DNA of 64,000 bases, from NCBI GenBank assembly GCA_964057225.1, contig OZ059897.1, positions 19,840,001 to 19,904,000 of the forward strand, read 5' to 3'. The notes under the pieces were generated by a model. The model was given only the letters and a program-made list of their open reading frames with translations. It was not told where the DNA came from and made no database searches. The DNA is from Auanema rhodensis (lineage: Eukaryota > Animalia > Nematoda). Of the stretch, positions 24,571 to 38,300 are shown piece by piece; position 1 is the stretch's first letter; the number at the start of each line of letters is the position of its first letter. A program made the translations under genes and the position numbers.

Positions 24571-26359
24571 AGCTTTAAAATCCGCATCGAATGCACTATA
24601 CTACATTGAGAAACGCTTGATACAAAAATTAGTTCTGATGGTTTGAAAAATGATGCATTAGTGTATGTTGAGTTTCCATGTACACTCAACATTGCTTCCA
24701 AAAACATTTTGACAAAAATTTTTTCGAAAAATTTCAGAATAATTTAGCAAAAAGTAGATGTTTTTAGATTCCATTTTTCAAGGCAAAGACGATGGACAAT
24801 GTTATTCAACGAAAAAATTAATTCTTCAGGGTGAAAATCGAGGATATAAGTGTGAACTTATATCAGTTGATATCTCGGTGCATTTTTAAGCTAGCGCAAA
24901 TCTGATAACACAGATCGACGCAGCTTAAAAATCCGGATCGAATGCACTATACTACATTGAAGAACGCTTAATACAAAAATTAGTTATGATCGTTTGAAAA
25001 ATGATGCATTAGTGTATGTTGAGTTTCCATGTACACTCAACATTGCTTCCAAAAACATTTTGACAAAAATTTTTTCGAAAAATTTCAAAATAATTTAGCA
25101 AAAAGTAGATGTTTTTAGATTCCATTTTTCAAGGCAAAGACGATGGACAATGTTATTCAACGAAAAAATTAATTCTTCAGGGTGAAAATCGAGGATATAA
25201 GTGTGAACTTATATCAGTTGATATCTCGGTGCATTTTTAAGCTAGCGCAAATCTGATAACACAGATCGACGCAGCTTAAAAATCCGGATCGAATGCACTA
25301 TACTACATTAAGAAACGCTTGATACAAAAATTAGTTATGATCGTTTGAAAAATGATGCATTAGTGTATGTTGAGTTTCCATTTACACTCAACATTGCTTC
25401 CAAAAACATTTTGACAAAAATTTTTTCGAAAAATTTCAAAATAATTCAGCAAAAAGTAGATGTTTTTAGATTCCATTTTTCAAGGCAAAGACGATGGACA
25501 ATGTTATTCAACGAAAAAATTAATTCTTCAGGGTGAAAATCGAGGATATAAGTGTGAACTTATAAAAGTTGATATCTCGGTGCATTTTTAAGCTAGCGCA
25601 AATCTGATAACACAGATCGACGCAGCTTAAAAATCCGCATCGAATGCACTATACTACATTGAGAAACACTTGATACAAAAATTAGTTATGATCGTTTGAA
25701 AAATGATGCATTAGTGTATGTTGAGTTTCCATTTACACTCAACATTGCTTCCAAAAACATTTTGACAAAAATTTTTTCGAAAAATTTCAAAATAATTCAG
25801 CAAAAAGTAGATGTTTTTAGATTCCATTTTTCAAGGCAAAGACGATGGACAATGTTATTCAACGAAAAAATTAATTCTTCAGGGTGAAAATCGAGGATAT
25901 AAGTGTGAACTTATATCAGTTGATATCTCGGTGCATTTTTAAGCTAGCGCAAATCTGATAACACAGATCGACGCAGCTTAAAAATCCGCATCGAATGCAC
26001 TATACTACATTGAGAAACGCTTGATACAAAAATTAGTTATAATCGTTTGAAAAATGATGCATTAGTGTATGTTGAGTTTCCATTTACACTCAACATTGCT
26101 TCCAAAAACATTTTGACAAAAATTTTTTCGAAAAATTTCAAAATAATTCAGCAAAAAGTAGATGTTTTTAGATTCCATTTTTCAAGGCAAAGACGATGGA
26201 CAATGTTATTCAACGAAAAAATTAATTCTTCAGGGTGAAAATCGAGGATATAAGTGTGAACTTATAAAAGTTGATATCTCGGTGCATTTTTAAGCTAGCG
26301 CAAATCTGATAACACAGATCGACGCAGCTTAAAAATCCGCATCGAATGCACTATACTAC

Positions 26360-29300
26360 ATTGAGAAACGCTTGATACAAAAATTAGTTATAATCGTTTG
26401 AAAAATGATGCATTAGTGTATGTTGAGTTTCCATGTACACTCAACATTGCTTCCAAAAACATTTTGACAAAAATTTTTTCGAAAAATTTCAAAATAATTT
26501 AGCAAAAAGTAGATGTTTTTAGATTTCATTTTTCAAGGCAAAGACGATGGACAATGTTATTCAACGAAAAAATTAATTCTTCAGGGTGAAAATCGAGGAT
26601 ATAAGTGTGAACTTATATCAGTTGATATCTCGGTGCATTTTTAAGCTAGCGCAAATCTGATAACACAGATCGACGCAGCTTAAAAATCCGGATCGAATGC
26701 ACTATACTACATTGAAGAACGCTTAATACAAAAATTAGTTATGATCGTTTGAAAAATGATGCATTAGTGTATGTTGAGTTTCCATGTACACTCAACATTG
26801 CTTCCAAAAACATTTTGACAAAAATTTTTTCGAAAAATTTCAAAATAATTTAGCAAAAAGTAGATGTTTTTAGATTCCATTTTTCAAGGCAAAGACGATG
26901 GACAATGTTATTCAACGAAAAAATTAATTCTTCAGGGTGAAAATCGAGGATATAAGTGTGAACTTATATCAGTTGATATCTCGGTGCATTTTTAAGCTAG
27001 CGCAAATCTGATAACACAGATCGACGCAGCTTAAAAATCCGGATCGAATGCACTATACTACATTAAGAAACGCTTGATACAAAAATTAGTTATGATCGTT
27101 TGAAAAATGATGCATTAGTGTATGTTGAGTTTCCATGTACACTCAACATTGCTTCCAAAAACATTTTGACAAAAATTTTTTCGAAAAATTTCAAAATAAT
27201 TTAGCAAAAAGTAGAAGTTTTTAGATTCCTTTTTTCAAGGCAAAGACGATGGACAATGTTATTCAACGAAAAAATTAATTCTTCAGGGTGAAAATCGAGG
27301 ATATAAGTGTGAACTTATATCAGTTGATATCTCGGTGCATTTTTAAGCTAGCGCAAATCTGATAACACAGATCGACGCAGCTTAAAAATCCGCATCGAAT
27401 GCACTATACTACATTGAGAAACGCTTAATACAAAAATTAGTTATGATCGTTTGAAAAATGATGCATTAGTGTATGTTGAGTTTTCATGTACACTCAACAT
27501 TGCTTCCAAAAACATTTTGACAAAAATTTTTTCGAAAAATTTCAAAATAATTTAGCAAAAAGTAGAAGTTTTTAGATTCCTTTTTCCAAGGCAAAGACGA
27601 TGGACAATGTTATTCAACGAAAAAATTAATTCTTCAGGGTGAAAGTCGAGGATATAAGTGTGAACTTATATCAGTTGATATCTCGGTGCATTTTTAAGCT
27701 AGCGCAAATCTGATAACACAGATCGACGCAGCTTAAAAATCCGCATCGAATGCACTATACTACATTGAGAAACGCTTGATACAAAAATTAGTTATAATCG
27801 TTTGAAAAATGATGCATTAGTGTATGTTGAGTTTCCATGTACACTCAACATTGCTTCCAAAAACATTTTGACAAAAATTTTTTCGAAAAATTTCAAAATA
27901 ATTTAGCAAAAAGTAGATGTTTTTAGATTCCTTTTTTCAAGGCAAAGACGATGGACAATGTTATTTAACGAAAAAATTAATTCTTCAGGGTGAAAATCGA
28001 GGATATAAGTGTAAACTTATATCAGTTGATATCTCGGTGCATTTTTAAGCTAGCGCAAATCTGATAACACAGATCGACGCAGCTTAAAAATCCGCATCGA
28101 ATGCACTATACTACATTGAGAAACGCTTAATACAAAAATTAGTTATGATCGTTTGAAAAATGATGCATTAGTGTATGTTGAGTTTCCATGTACACTCAAC
28201 ATTGCTTCCAAAAACATTTTGACAAAAATTTTTTTCGAAAAATTTCAAAATAATTTAGCAAAAAGTAGATGTTTTTAGATTCCTTTTTTCAAGGCAAAGA
28301 CGATGGACAATGTTATTCAACGAAAAAAATTAATTCTTCAGGGTGAAAATCGGGTATATATGTGTGTACTTATATCAGTTGATATCTCGGTGCATTTTTA
28401 AGCTAGCGCAAATCTGATAACACAGATCGACGCAGCTTAAAAATCCGCATCGAATGCACTATACTACATTGAGAAACACTTGATACAAAAATTAGTTATG
28501 ATCGTTTGAAAAATGATGCATTAGTGTATGTTGAGTTTCCATGTACACTCAACATTGCTTCCAAAAACATTTTGACAAAAATTTTTTCGAAAAATTTCAA
28601 AATAATTCAGCAAAAAGTAGATGTTTTTAGATTCCATTTTTCAAGGCAAAGACGATGGACAATGTTATTCAACGAAAAAATTAATTCTTCAGGGTGAAAA
28701 TCGAGGATATAAGTGTGAACTTATAAAAGTTGATATCTCGGTGCATTTTTAAGCTAGCGCAAATCTGATAACACAGATCGACGCAGCTTAAAAATCCGCA
28801 TCGAATGCACTTCACTACATTGAGAAACGCTTGATACAAAAATTAGTTATAATCGTTTGAAAAATGATGCATTAGTGTATGTTGAGTTTCCATGTACACT
28901 CAACATTGCTTCCAAAAACATTTTGACAAAAATTTTTTCGAAAAATTTCAAAATAATTTAGCAAAAAGTAGATGTTTTTAGATTCCTTTTTTCAAGGCAA
29001 AGACGATGGACAATGTTATTCAACGAAAAAAATTAATTCTTCAGGGTGAAAATCGGGTATATATGTGTGTACTTATATCAGTTGATATCTCGGTGCATTT
29101 TTAAGCTAGCGCAAATCTGATAACACAGATCGACGCAGCTTAAAAATCCGCATCGAATGCACTTTACTACATTGAGAAACGCTTGATACAAAAATTAGTT
29201 ATAATCGTTTGAAAAATGATGCATTAGTGTATGTTGAGTTTCCATGTACACTCAACATTGCTTCCAAAAACATTTTGACAAAAATTTTTTCGAAAAATTT

Positions 29301-32300
29301 CAAAATAATTCAGCAAAAAGTAGATGTTTTTAGATTCCATTTTTCAAGGCAAAGACGATGGACAATGTTATTCAACGAAAAAATTAATTCTTCAGGGTGA
29401 AAATCGAGGATATAAGTGTGAACTTATAAAAGTTGATATCTCGGTGCATTTTTAAGCTAGCGCAAATCTGATAACACAGATCGACGCAGCTTAAAAATCC
29501 GCATCGAATGCACTATACTACATTGAGAAACGCTTGATACAAAAATTAGTTATAATCGTTTGAAAAATGATGCATTAGTGTATGTTGAGTTTCCATGTAC
29601 ACTCAACATTGCTTCCAAAAACATTTTGACAAAAATTTTTTCGAAAAATTTCAAAATAATTTAGCAAAAAGTAGATGTTTTTAGATTTCATTTTTCAAGG
29701 CAAAGACGATGGACAATGTTATTCAACGAAAAAATTAATTCTTCAGGGTGAAAATCGAGGATATAAGTGTGAACTTATAAAAGTTGATATCTCGGTGCAT
29801 TTTTAAGCTAGCGCAAATCTGATAACACAGATCGACGCAGCTTAAAAATCCGCATCGAATGCACTTTACTACATTGAGAAACGCTTGATACAAAAATTAG
29901 TTATAATCGTTTGAAAAATGATGCATTAGTGTATGTTGAGTTTCCATGTACACTCAACATTGCTTCCAAAAACATTTTGACAAAAATTTTTTCGAAAAAT
30001 TTCAAAATAATTTAGCAAAAAGTAGATGTTTTTAGATTTCATTTTTCAAGGCAAAGACGATGGACAATGTTATTCAACGAAAAAATTAATTCTTCAGGGT
30101 GAAAATCGAGGATATAGGTGTGAACTTATATCAGTTGATATCTCGGTGCATTTTTAAGCTAGCGCAAATCTGATAACACAGATCGACGCAGCTTGAAAAT
30201 CCGCATCGAATGCACTATACTACATTGAGAAACGCTTGATACAAAAATTAGTTCTGATGGTTTGGAAAATGATGCATTAGTGTATGTTGAGTTTCCATGT
30301 ACACTCAACATTGCTTCCAAAAACATTTTGACAAAAATTTTTTCGAAAAATTTCAGAATAATTTAGCAAAAAGTAGATGTTTTTAGATTCCATTTTTCAA
30401 GGCAAAGACGATGGACAATGTTATTCAACGAAAAAATTAATTCTTCAGGGTGAAAATCGAGGATATAAGTGTGAACTTATATCAGTTGATATCTCGGTGC
30501 ATTTTTAAGCTAGCGCAAATCTGATAACACAGATCGACGCAGCTTAAAAATCCGCATCGAATGCACTATACTACATTGAAGAACGCTTAATACAAAAATT
30601 AGTTATGATCGTTTGAAAAATGATGCATTAGTGTATGTTGAGTTTCCATGTACACTCAACATTGCTTCCAAAAACATTTTGACAAAAATTTTTTCGAAAA
30701 ATTTCAAAATAATTTAGCAAAAAGTAGATGTTTTTAGATTCCTTTTTTCAAGGCAAAGACGATGGACAATGTTATTCAACTAAAAAATTATTTCTTCAGG
30801 GTGAAAATCGAGGATATAAGTGTGAACTTATATCAGTTGATATCTCGGTGCATTTTTAAGCTAGCGCAAATCTGATAACACAGATCGACGCAGCTTAAAA
30901 ATCCGGATCGAATGCACTATACTACATTGAAGAACGCTTAATACAAAAATTAGTTATGATCGTTTGAAAAATGATGCATTAGTGTATGTTGAGTTTCCAT
31001 GTACACTCAACATTGCTTCCAAAAACATTTTGACAAAAATTTTTTCGAAAAATTTCAAAATAATTTAGCAAAAAGTAGATGTTTTTAGATTCCATTTTTC
31101 AAGGCAAAGACGATGGACAATGTTATTCAACGAAAAAATTAATTCTTCAGGGTGAAAATCGAGGATATAAGTGTGAACTTATATCAGTTGATATCTCGGT
31201 GCATTTTTAAGCTAGCGCAAATCTGATAACACAGATCGACGCAGCTTAAAAATCCGGATCGAATGCACTATACTACATTAAGAAACGCTTGATACAAAAA
31301 TTAGTTATGATCGTTTGAAAAATGATGCATTAGTGTATGTTGAGTTTCCATGTACACTCAACATTGCTTCCAAAAACATTTTGACAAAAATTTTTTCGAA
31401 AAATTTCAAAATAATTTAGCAAAAAGTAGAAGTTTTTAGATTCCTTTTTTCAAGGCAAAGACGATGGACAATGTTATTCAACGAAAAAATTAATTCTTCA
31501 GGGTGAAAATCGAGGATATAAGTGTGAACTTATATCAGTTGATATCTCGGTGCATTTTTAAGCTAGCGCAAATCTGATAACACAGATCGACGCAGCTTAA
31601 AAATCCGCATCGAATGCACTATACTACATTGAGAAACGCTTGATACAAAAATTAGTTATAATCGTTTGAAAAATGATGCATTAGTGTATGTTGAGTTTCC
31701 ATGTACACTCAACATTGCTTCCAAAAACATTTTGACAAAAATTTTTTCGAAAAATTTCAAAATAATTTAGCAAAAAGTAGATGTTTTTAGATTTCATTTT
31801 TCAAGGCAAAGACGATGGACAATGTTATTCAACGAAAAAATTAATTCTTCAGGGTGAAAATCGAGGATATAAGTGTGAACTTATAAAAGTTGATATCTCG
31901 GTGCATTTTTAAGCTAGCGCAAATCTGATAACACAGATCGACGCAGCTTAAAAATCCGCATCGAATGCACTTTACTACATTGAGAAACGCTTGATACAAA
32001 AATTAGTTATAATCGTTTGAAAAATGATGCATTAGTGTATGTTGAGTTTCCATGTACACTCAACATTGCTTCCAAAAACATTTTGACAAAAATTTTTTCG
32101 AAAAATTTCAAAATAATTCAGCAAAAAGTAGATGTTTTTAGATTCCATTTTTCAAGGCAAAGACGATGGACAATGTTATTCAACGAAAAAATTAATTCTT
32201 CAGGGTGAAAATCGAGGATATAAGTGTGAACTTATAAAAGTTGATATCTCGGTGCATTTTTAAGCTAGCGCAAATCTGATAACACAGATCGACGCAGCTT

Positions 32301-35300
32301 AAAAATCCGCATCGAATGCACTATACTACATTGAGAAACGCTTGATACAAAAATTAGTTATAATCGTTTGAAAAATGATGCATTAGTGTATGTTGAGTTT
32401 CCATGTACACTCAACATTGCTTCCAAAAACATTTTGACAAAAATTTTTTCGAAAAATTTCAAAATAATTTAGCAAAAAGTAGATGTTTTTAGATTCCTTT
32501 TTTCAAGGCAAAGACGATGGACAATGTTATTCAACTAAAAAATTATTTCTTCAGGGTGAAAATCGAGGATATAAGTGTGAACTTATATCAGTTGATATCT
32601 CGGTGCATTTTTAAGCTAGCGCAAATCTGATAACACAGATCGACGCAGCTTAAAAATCCGGATCGAATGCACTATACTACATTGAAGAACGCTTAATACA
32701 AAAATTAGTTATGATCGTTTGAAAAATGATGCATTAGTGTATGTTGAGTTTCCATGTACACTCAACATTGCTTCCAAAAACATTTTGACAAAAATTTTTT
32801 CGAAAAATTTCAAAATAATTTAGCAAAAAGTAGATGTTTTTAGATTCCTTTTTTCAAGGCAAAGACGATGGACAATGTTATTCAACTAAAAAATTATTTC
32901 TTCAGGGTGAAAATCGAGGATATAAGTGTGAACTTATATCAGTTGATATCTCGGTGCATTTTTAAGCTAGCGCAAATCTGATAACACAGATCGACGCAGC
33001 TTAAAAATCCGGATCGAATGCACTATACTACATTGAAGAACGCTTAATACAAAAATTAGTTATGATCGTTTGAAAAATGATGCATTAGTGTATGTTGAGT
33101 TTCCATGTACACTCAACATTGCTTCCAAAAACATTTTGACAAAAATTTTTTCGAAAAATTTCAAAATAATTTAGCAAAAAGTAGATGTTTTTAGATTCCA
33201 TTTTTCAAGGCAAAGACGATGGACAATGTTATTCAACGAAAAAATTAATTCTTCAGGGTGAAAATCGAGGATATAAGTGTGAACTTATATCAGTTGATAT
33301 CTCGGTGCATTTTTAAGCTAGCGCAAATCTGATAACACAGATCGACGCAGCTTAAAAATCCGGATCGAATGCACTATACTACATTAAGAAACGCTTGATA
33401 CAAAAATTAGTTATGATCGTTTGAAAAATGATGCATTAGTGTATGTTGAGTTTCCATGTACACTCAACATTGCTTCCAAAAACATTTTGACAAAAATTTT
33501 TTCGAAAAATTTCAAAATAATTTAGCAAAAAGTAGAAGTTTTTAGATTCCTTTTTTCAAGGCAAAGACGATGGACAATGTTATTCAACGAAAAAATTAAT
33601 TCTTCAGGGTGAAAATCGAGGATATAAGTGTGAACTTATATCAGTTGATATCTCGGTGCATTTTTAAGCTAGCGCAAATCTGATAACACAGATCGACGCA
33701 GCTTAAAAATCCGCATCGAATGCACTATACTACATTGAGAAACGCTTGATACAAAAATTAGTTATAATCGTTTGAAAAATGATGCATTAGTGTATGTTGA
33801 GTTTCCATGTACACTCAACATTGCTTCCAAAAACATTTTGACAAAAATTTTTTCGAAAAATTTCAAAATAATTTAGCAAAAAGTAGATGTTTTTAGATTT
33901 CATTTTTCAAGGCAAAGACGATGGACAATGTTATTCAACGAAAAAATTAATTCTTCAGGGTGAAAATCGAGGATATAAGTGTGAACTTATAAAAGTTGAT
34001 ATCTCGGTGCATTTTTAAGCTAGCGCAAATCTGATAACACAGATCGACGCAGCTTAAAAATCCGCATCGAATGCACTTTACTACATTGAGAAACGCTTGA
34101 TACAAAAATTAGTTATAATCGTTTGAAAAATGATGCATTAGTGTATGTTGAGTTTCCATGTACACTCAACATTGCTTCCAAAAACATTTTGACAAAAATT
34201 TTTTCGAAAAATTTCAAAATAATTTAGCAAAAAGTAGATGTTTTTAGATTTCATTTTTCAAGGCAAAGACGATGGACAATGTTATTCAACGAAAAAATTA
34301 ATTCTTCAGGGTGAAAATCGAGGATATAAGTGTGAACTTATATCAGTTGATATCTCGGTGCATTTTTAAGCTAGCGCAAATCTGATAACACAGATCGACG
34401 CAGCTTAAAAATCCGGATCGAATGCACTATACTACATTGAAGAACGCTTAATACAAAAATTAGTTATGATCGTTTGAAAAATGATGCATTAGTGTATGTT
34501 GAGTTTCCATGTACACTCAACATTGCTTCCAAAAACATTTTGACAAAAATTTTTTCGAAAAATTTCAAAATAATTTAGCAAAAAGTAGATGTTTTTAGAT
34601 TCCATTTTTCAAGGCAAAGACGATGGACAATGTTATTCAACGAAAAAATTAATTCTTCAGGGTGAAAATCGAGGATATAAGTGTGAACTTATATCAGTTG
34701 ATATCTCGGTGCATTTTTAAGCTAGCGCAAATCTGATAACACAGATCGACGCAGCTTAAAAATCCGGATCGAATGCACTATACTACATTAAGAAACGCTT
34801 GATACAAAAATTAGTTATGATCGTTTGAAAAATGATGCATTAGTGTATGTTGAGTTTCCATGTACACTCAACATTGCTTCCAAAAACATTTTGACAAAAA
34901 TTTTTTCGAAAAATTTCAAAATAATTTAGCAAAAAGTAGAAGTTTTTAGATTCCTTTTTTCAAGGCAAAGACGATGGACAATGTTATTCAACGAAAAAAT
35001 TAATTCTTCAGGGTGAAAATCGAGGATATAAGTGTGAACTTATATCAGTTGATATCTCGGTGCATTTTTAAGCTAGCGCAAATCTGATAACACAGATCGA
35101 CGCAGCTTAAAAATCCGCATCGAATGCACTATACTACATTGAGAAACGCTTAATACAAAAATTAGTTATGATCGTTTGAAAAATGATGCATTAGTGTATG
35201 TTGAGTTTTCATGTACACTCAACATTGCTTCCAAAAACATTTTGACAAAAATTTTTTCGAAAAATTTCAAAATAATTTAGCAAAAAGTAGAAGTTTTTAG

Positions 35301-38300
35301 ATTCCTTTTTCCAAGGCAAAGACGATGGACAATGTTATTCAACGAAAAAATTAATTCTTCAGGGTGAAAGTCGAGGATATAAGTGTGAACTTATATCAGT
35401 TGATATCTCGGTGCATTTTTAAGCTAGCGCAAATCTGATAACACAGATCGACGCAGCTTAAAAATCCGCATCGAATGCACTATACTACATTGAGAAACGC
35501 TTGATACAAAAATTAGTTATAATCGTTTGAAAAATGATGCATTAGTGTATGTTGAGTTTCCATGTACACTCAACATTGCTTCCAAAAACATTTTGACAAA
35601 AATTTTTTCGAAAAATTTCAAAATAATTTAGCAAAAAGTAGATGTTTTTAGATTCCTTTTTTCAAGGCAAAGACGATGGACAATGTTATTTAACGAAAAA
35701 ATTAATTCTTCAGGGTGAAAATCGAGGATATAAGTGTAAACTTATATCAGTTGATATCTCGGTGCATTTTTAAGCTAGCGCAAATCTGATAACACAGATC
35801 GACGCAGCTTAAAAATCCGCATCGAATGCACTATACTACATTGAGAAACGCTTAATACAAAAATTAGTTATGATCGTTTGAAAAATGATGCATTAGTGTA
35901 TGTTGAGTTTCCATGTACACTCAACATTGCTTCCAAAAACATTTTGACAAAAATTTTTTTCGAAAAATTTCAAAATAATTTAGCAAAAAGTAGATGTTTT
36001 TAGATTCCTTTTTTCAAGGCAAAGACGATGGACAATGTTATTCAACGAAAAAAATTAATTCTTCAGGGTGAAAATCGGGTATATATGTGTGTACTTATAT
36101 CAGTTGATATCTCGGTGCATTTTTAAGCTAGCGCAAATCTGATAACACAGATCGACGCAGCTTAAAAATCCGCATCGAATGCACTATACTACATTGAGAA
36201 ACACTTGATACAAAAATTAGTTATGATCGTTTGAAAAATGATGCATTAGTGTATGTTGAGTTTCCATGTACACTCAACATTGCTTCCAAAAACATTTTGA
36301 CAAAAATTTTTTCGAAAAATTTCAAAATAATTCAGCAAAAAGTAGATGTTTTTAGATTCCATTTTTCAAGGCAAAGACGATGGACAATGTTATTCAACGA
36401 AAAAATTAATTCTTCAGGGTGAAAATCGAGGATATAAGTGTGAACTTATAAAAGTTGATATCTCGGTGCATTTTTAAGCTAGCGCAAATCTGATAACACA
36501 GATCGACGCAGCTTAAAAATCCGCATCGAATGCACTTCACTACATTGAGAAACGCTTGATACAAAAATTAGTTATAATCGTTTGAAAAATGATGCATTAG
36601 TGTATGTTGAGTTTCCATGTACACTCAACATTGCTTCCAAAAACATTTTGACAAAAATTTTTTCGAAAAATTTCAAAATAATTTAGCAAAAAGTAGATGT
36701 TTTTAGATTCCTTTTTTCAAGGCAAAGACGATGGACAATGTTATTCAACGAAAAAAATTAATTCTTCAGGGTGAAAATCGGGTATATATGTGTGTACTTA
36801 TATCAGTTGATATCTCGGTGCATTTTTAAGCTAGCGCAAATCTGATAACACAGATCGACGCAGCTTAAAAATCCGCATCGAATGCACTTTACTACATTGA
36901 GAAACGCTTGATACAAAAATTAGTTATAATCGTTTGAAAAATGATGCATTAGTGTATGTTGAGTTTCCATGTACACTCAACATTGCTTCCAAAAACATTT
37001 TGACAAAAATTTTTTCGAAAAATTTCAAAATAATTCAGCAAAAAGTAGATGTTTTTAGATTCCATTTTTCAAGGCAAAGACGATGGACAATGTTATTCAA
37101 CGAAAAAATTAATTCTTCAGGGTGAAAATCGAGGATATAAGTGTGAACTTATAAAAGTTGATATCTCGGTGCATTTTTAAGCTAGCGCAAATCTGATAAC
37201 ACAGATCGACGCAGCTTAAAAATCCGCATCGAATGCACTATACTACATTGAGAAACGCTTGATACAAAAATTAGTTATAATCGTTTGAAAAATGATGCAT
37301 TAGTGTATGTTGAGTTTCCATGTACACTCAACATTGCTTCCAAAAACATTTTGACAAAAATTTTTTCGAAAAATTTCAAAATAATTTAGCAAAAAGTAGA
37401 TGTTTTTAGATTTCATTTTTCAAGGCAAAGACGATGGACAATGTTATTCAACGAAAAAATTAATTCTTCAGGGTGAAAATCGAGGATATAAGTGTGAACT
37501 TATAAAAGTTGATATCTCGGTGCATTTTTAAGCTAGCGCAAATCTGATAACACAGATCGACGCAGCTTAAAAATCCGCATCGAATGCACTTTACTACATT
37601 GAGAAACGCTTGATACAAAAATTAGTTATAATCGTTTGAAAAATGATGCATTAGTGTATGTTGAGTTTCCATGTACACTCAACATTGCTTCCAAAAACAT
37701 TTTGACAAAAATTTTTTCGAAAAATTTCAAAATAATTTAGCAAAAAGTAGATGTTTTTAGATTTCATTTTTCAAGGCAAAGACGATGGACAATGTTATTC
37801 AACGAAAAAATTAATTCTTCAGGGTGAAAATCGAGGATATAGGTGTGAACTTATATCAGTTGATATCTCGGTGCATTTTTAAGCTAGCGCAAATCTGATA
37901 ACACAGATCGACGCAGCTTGAAAATCCGCATCGAATGCACTATACTACATTGAGAAACGCTTGATACAAAAATTAGTTCTGATGGTTTGGAAAATGATGC
38001 ATTAGTGTATGTTGAGTTTCCATGTACACTCAACATTGCTTCCAAAAACATTTTGACAAAAATTTTTTCGAAAAATTTCAGAATAATTTAGCAAAAAGTA
38101 GATGTTTTTAGATTCCATTTTTCAAGGCAAAGACGATGGACAATGTTATTCAACGAAAAAATTAATTCTTCAGGGTGAAAATCGAGGATATAAGTGTGAA
38201 CTTATATCAGTTGATATCTCGGTGCATTTTTAAGCTAGCGCAAATCTGATAACACAGATCGACGCAGCTTAAAAATCCGCATCGAATGCACTATACTACA

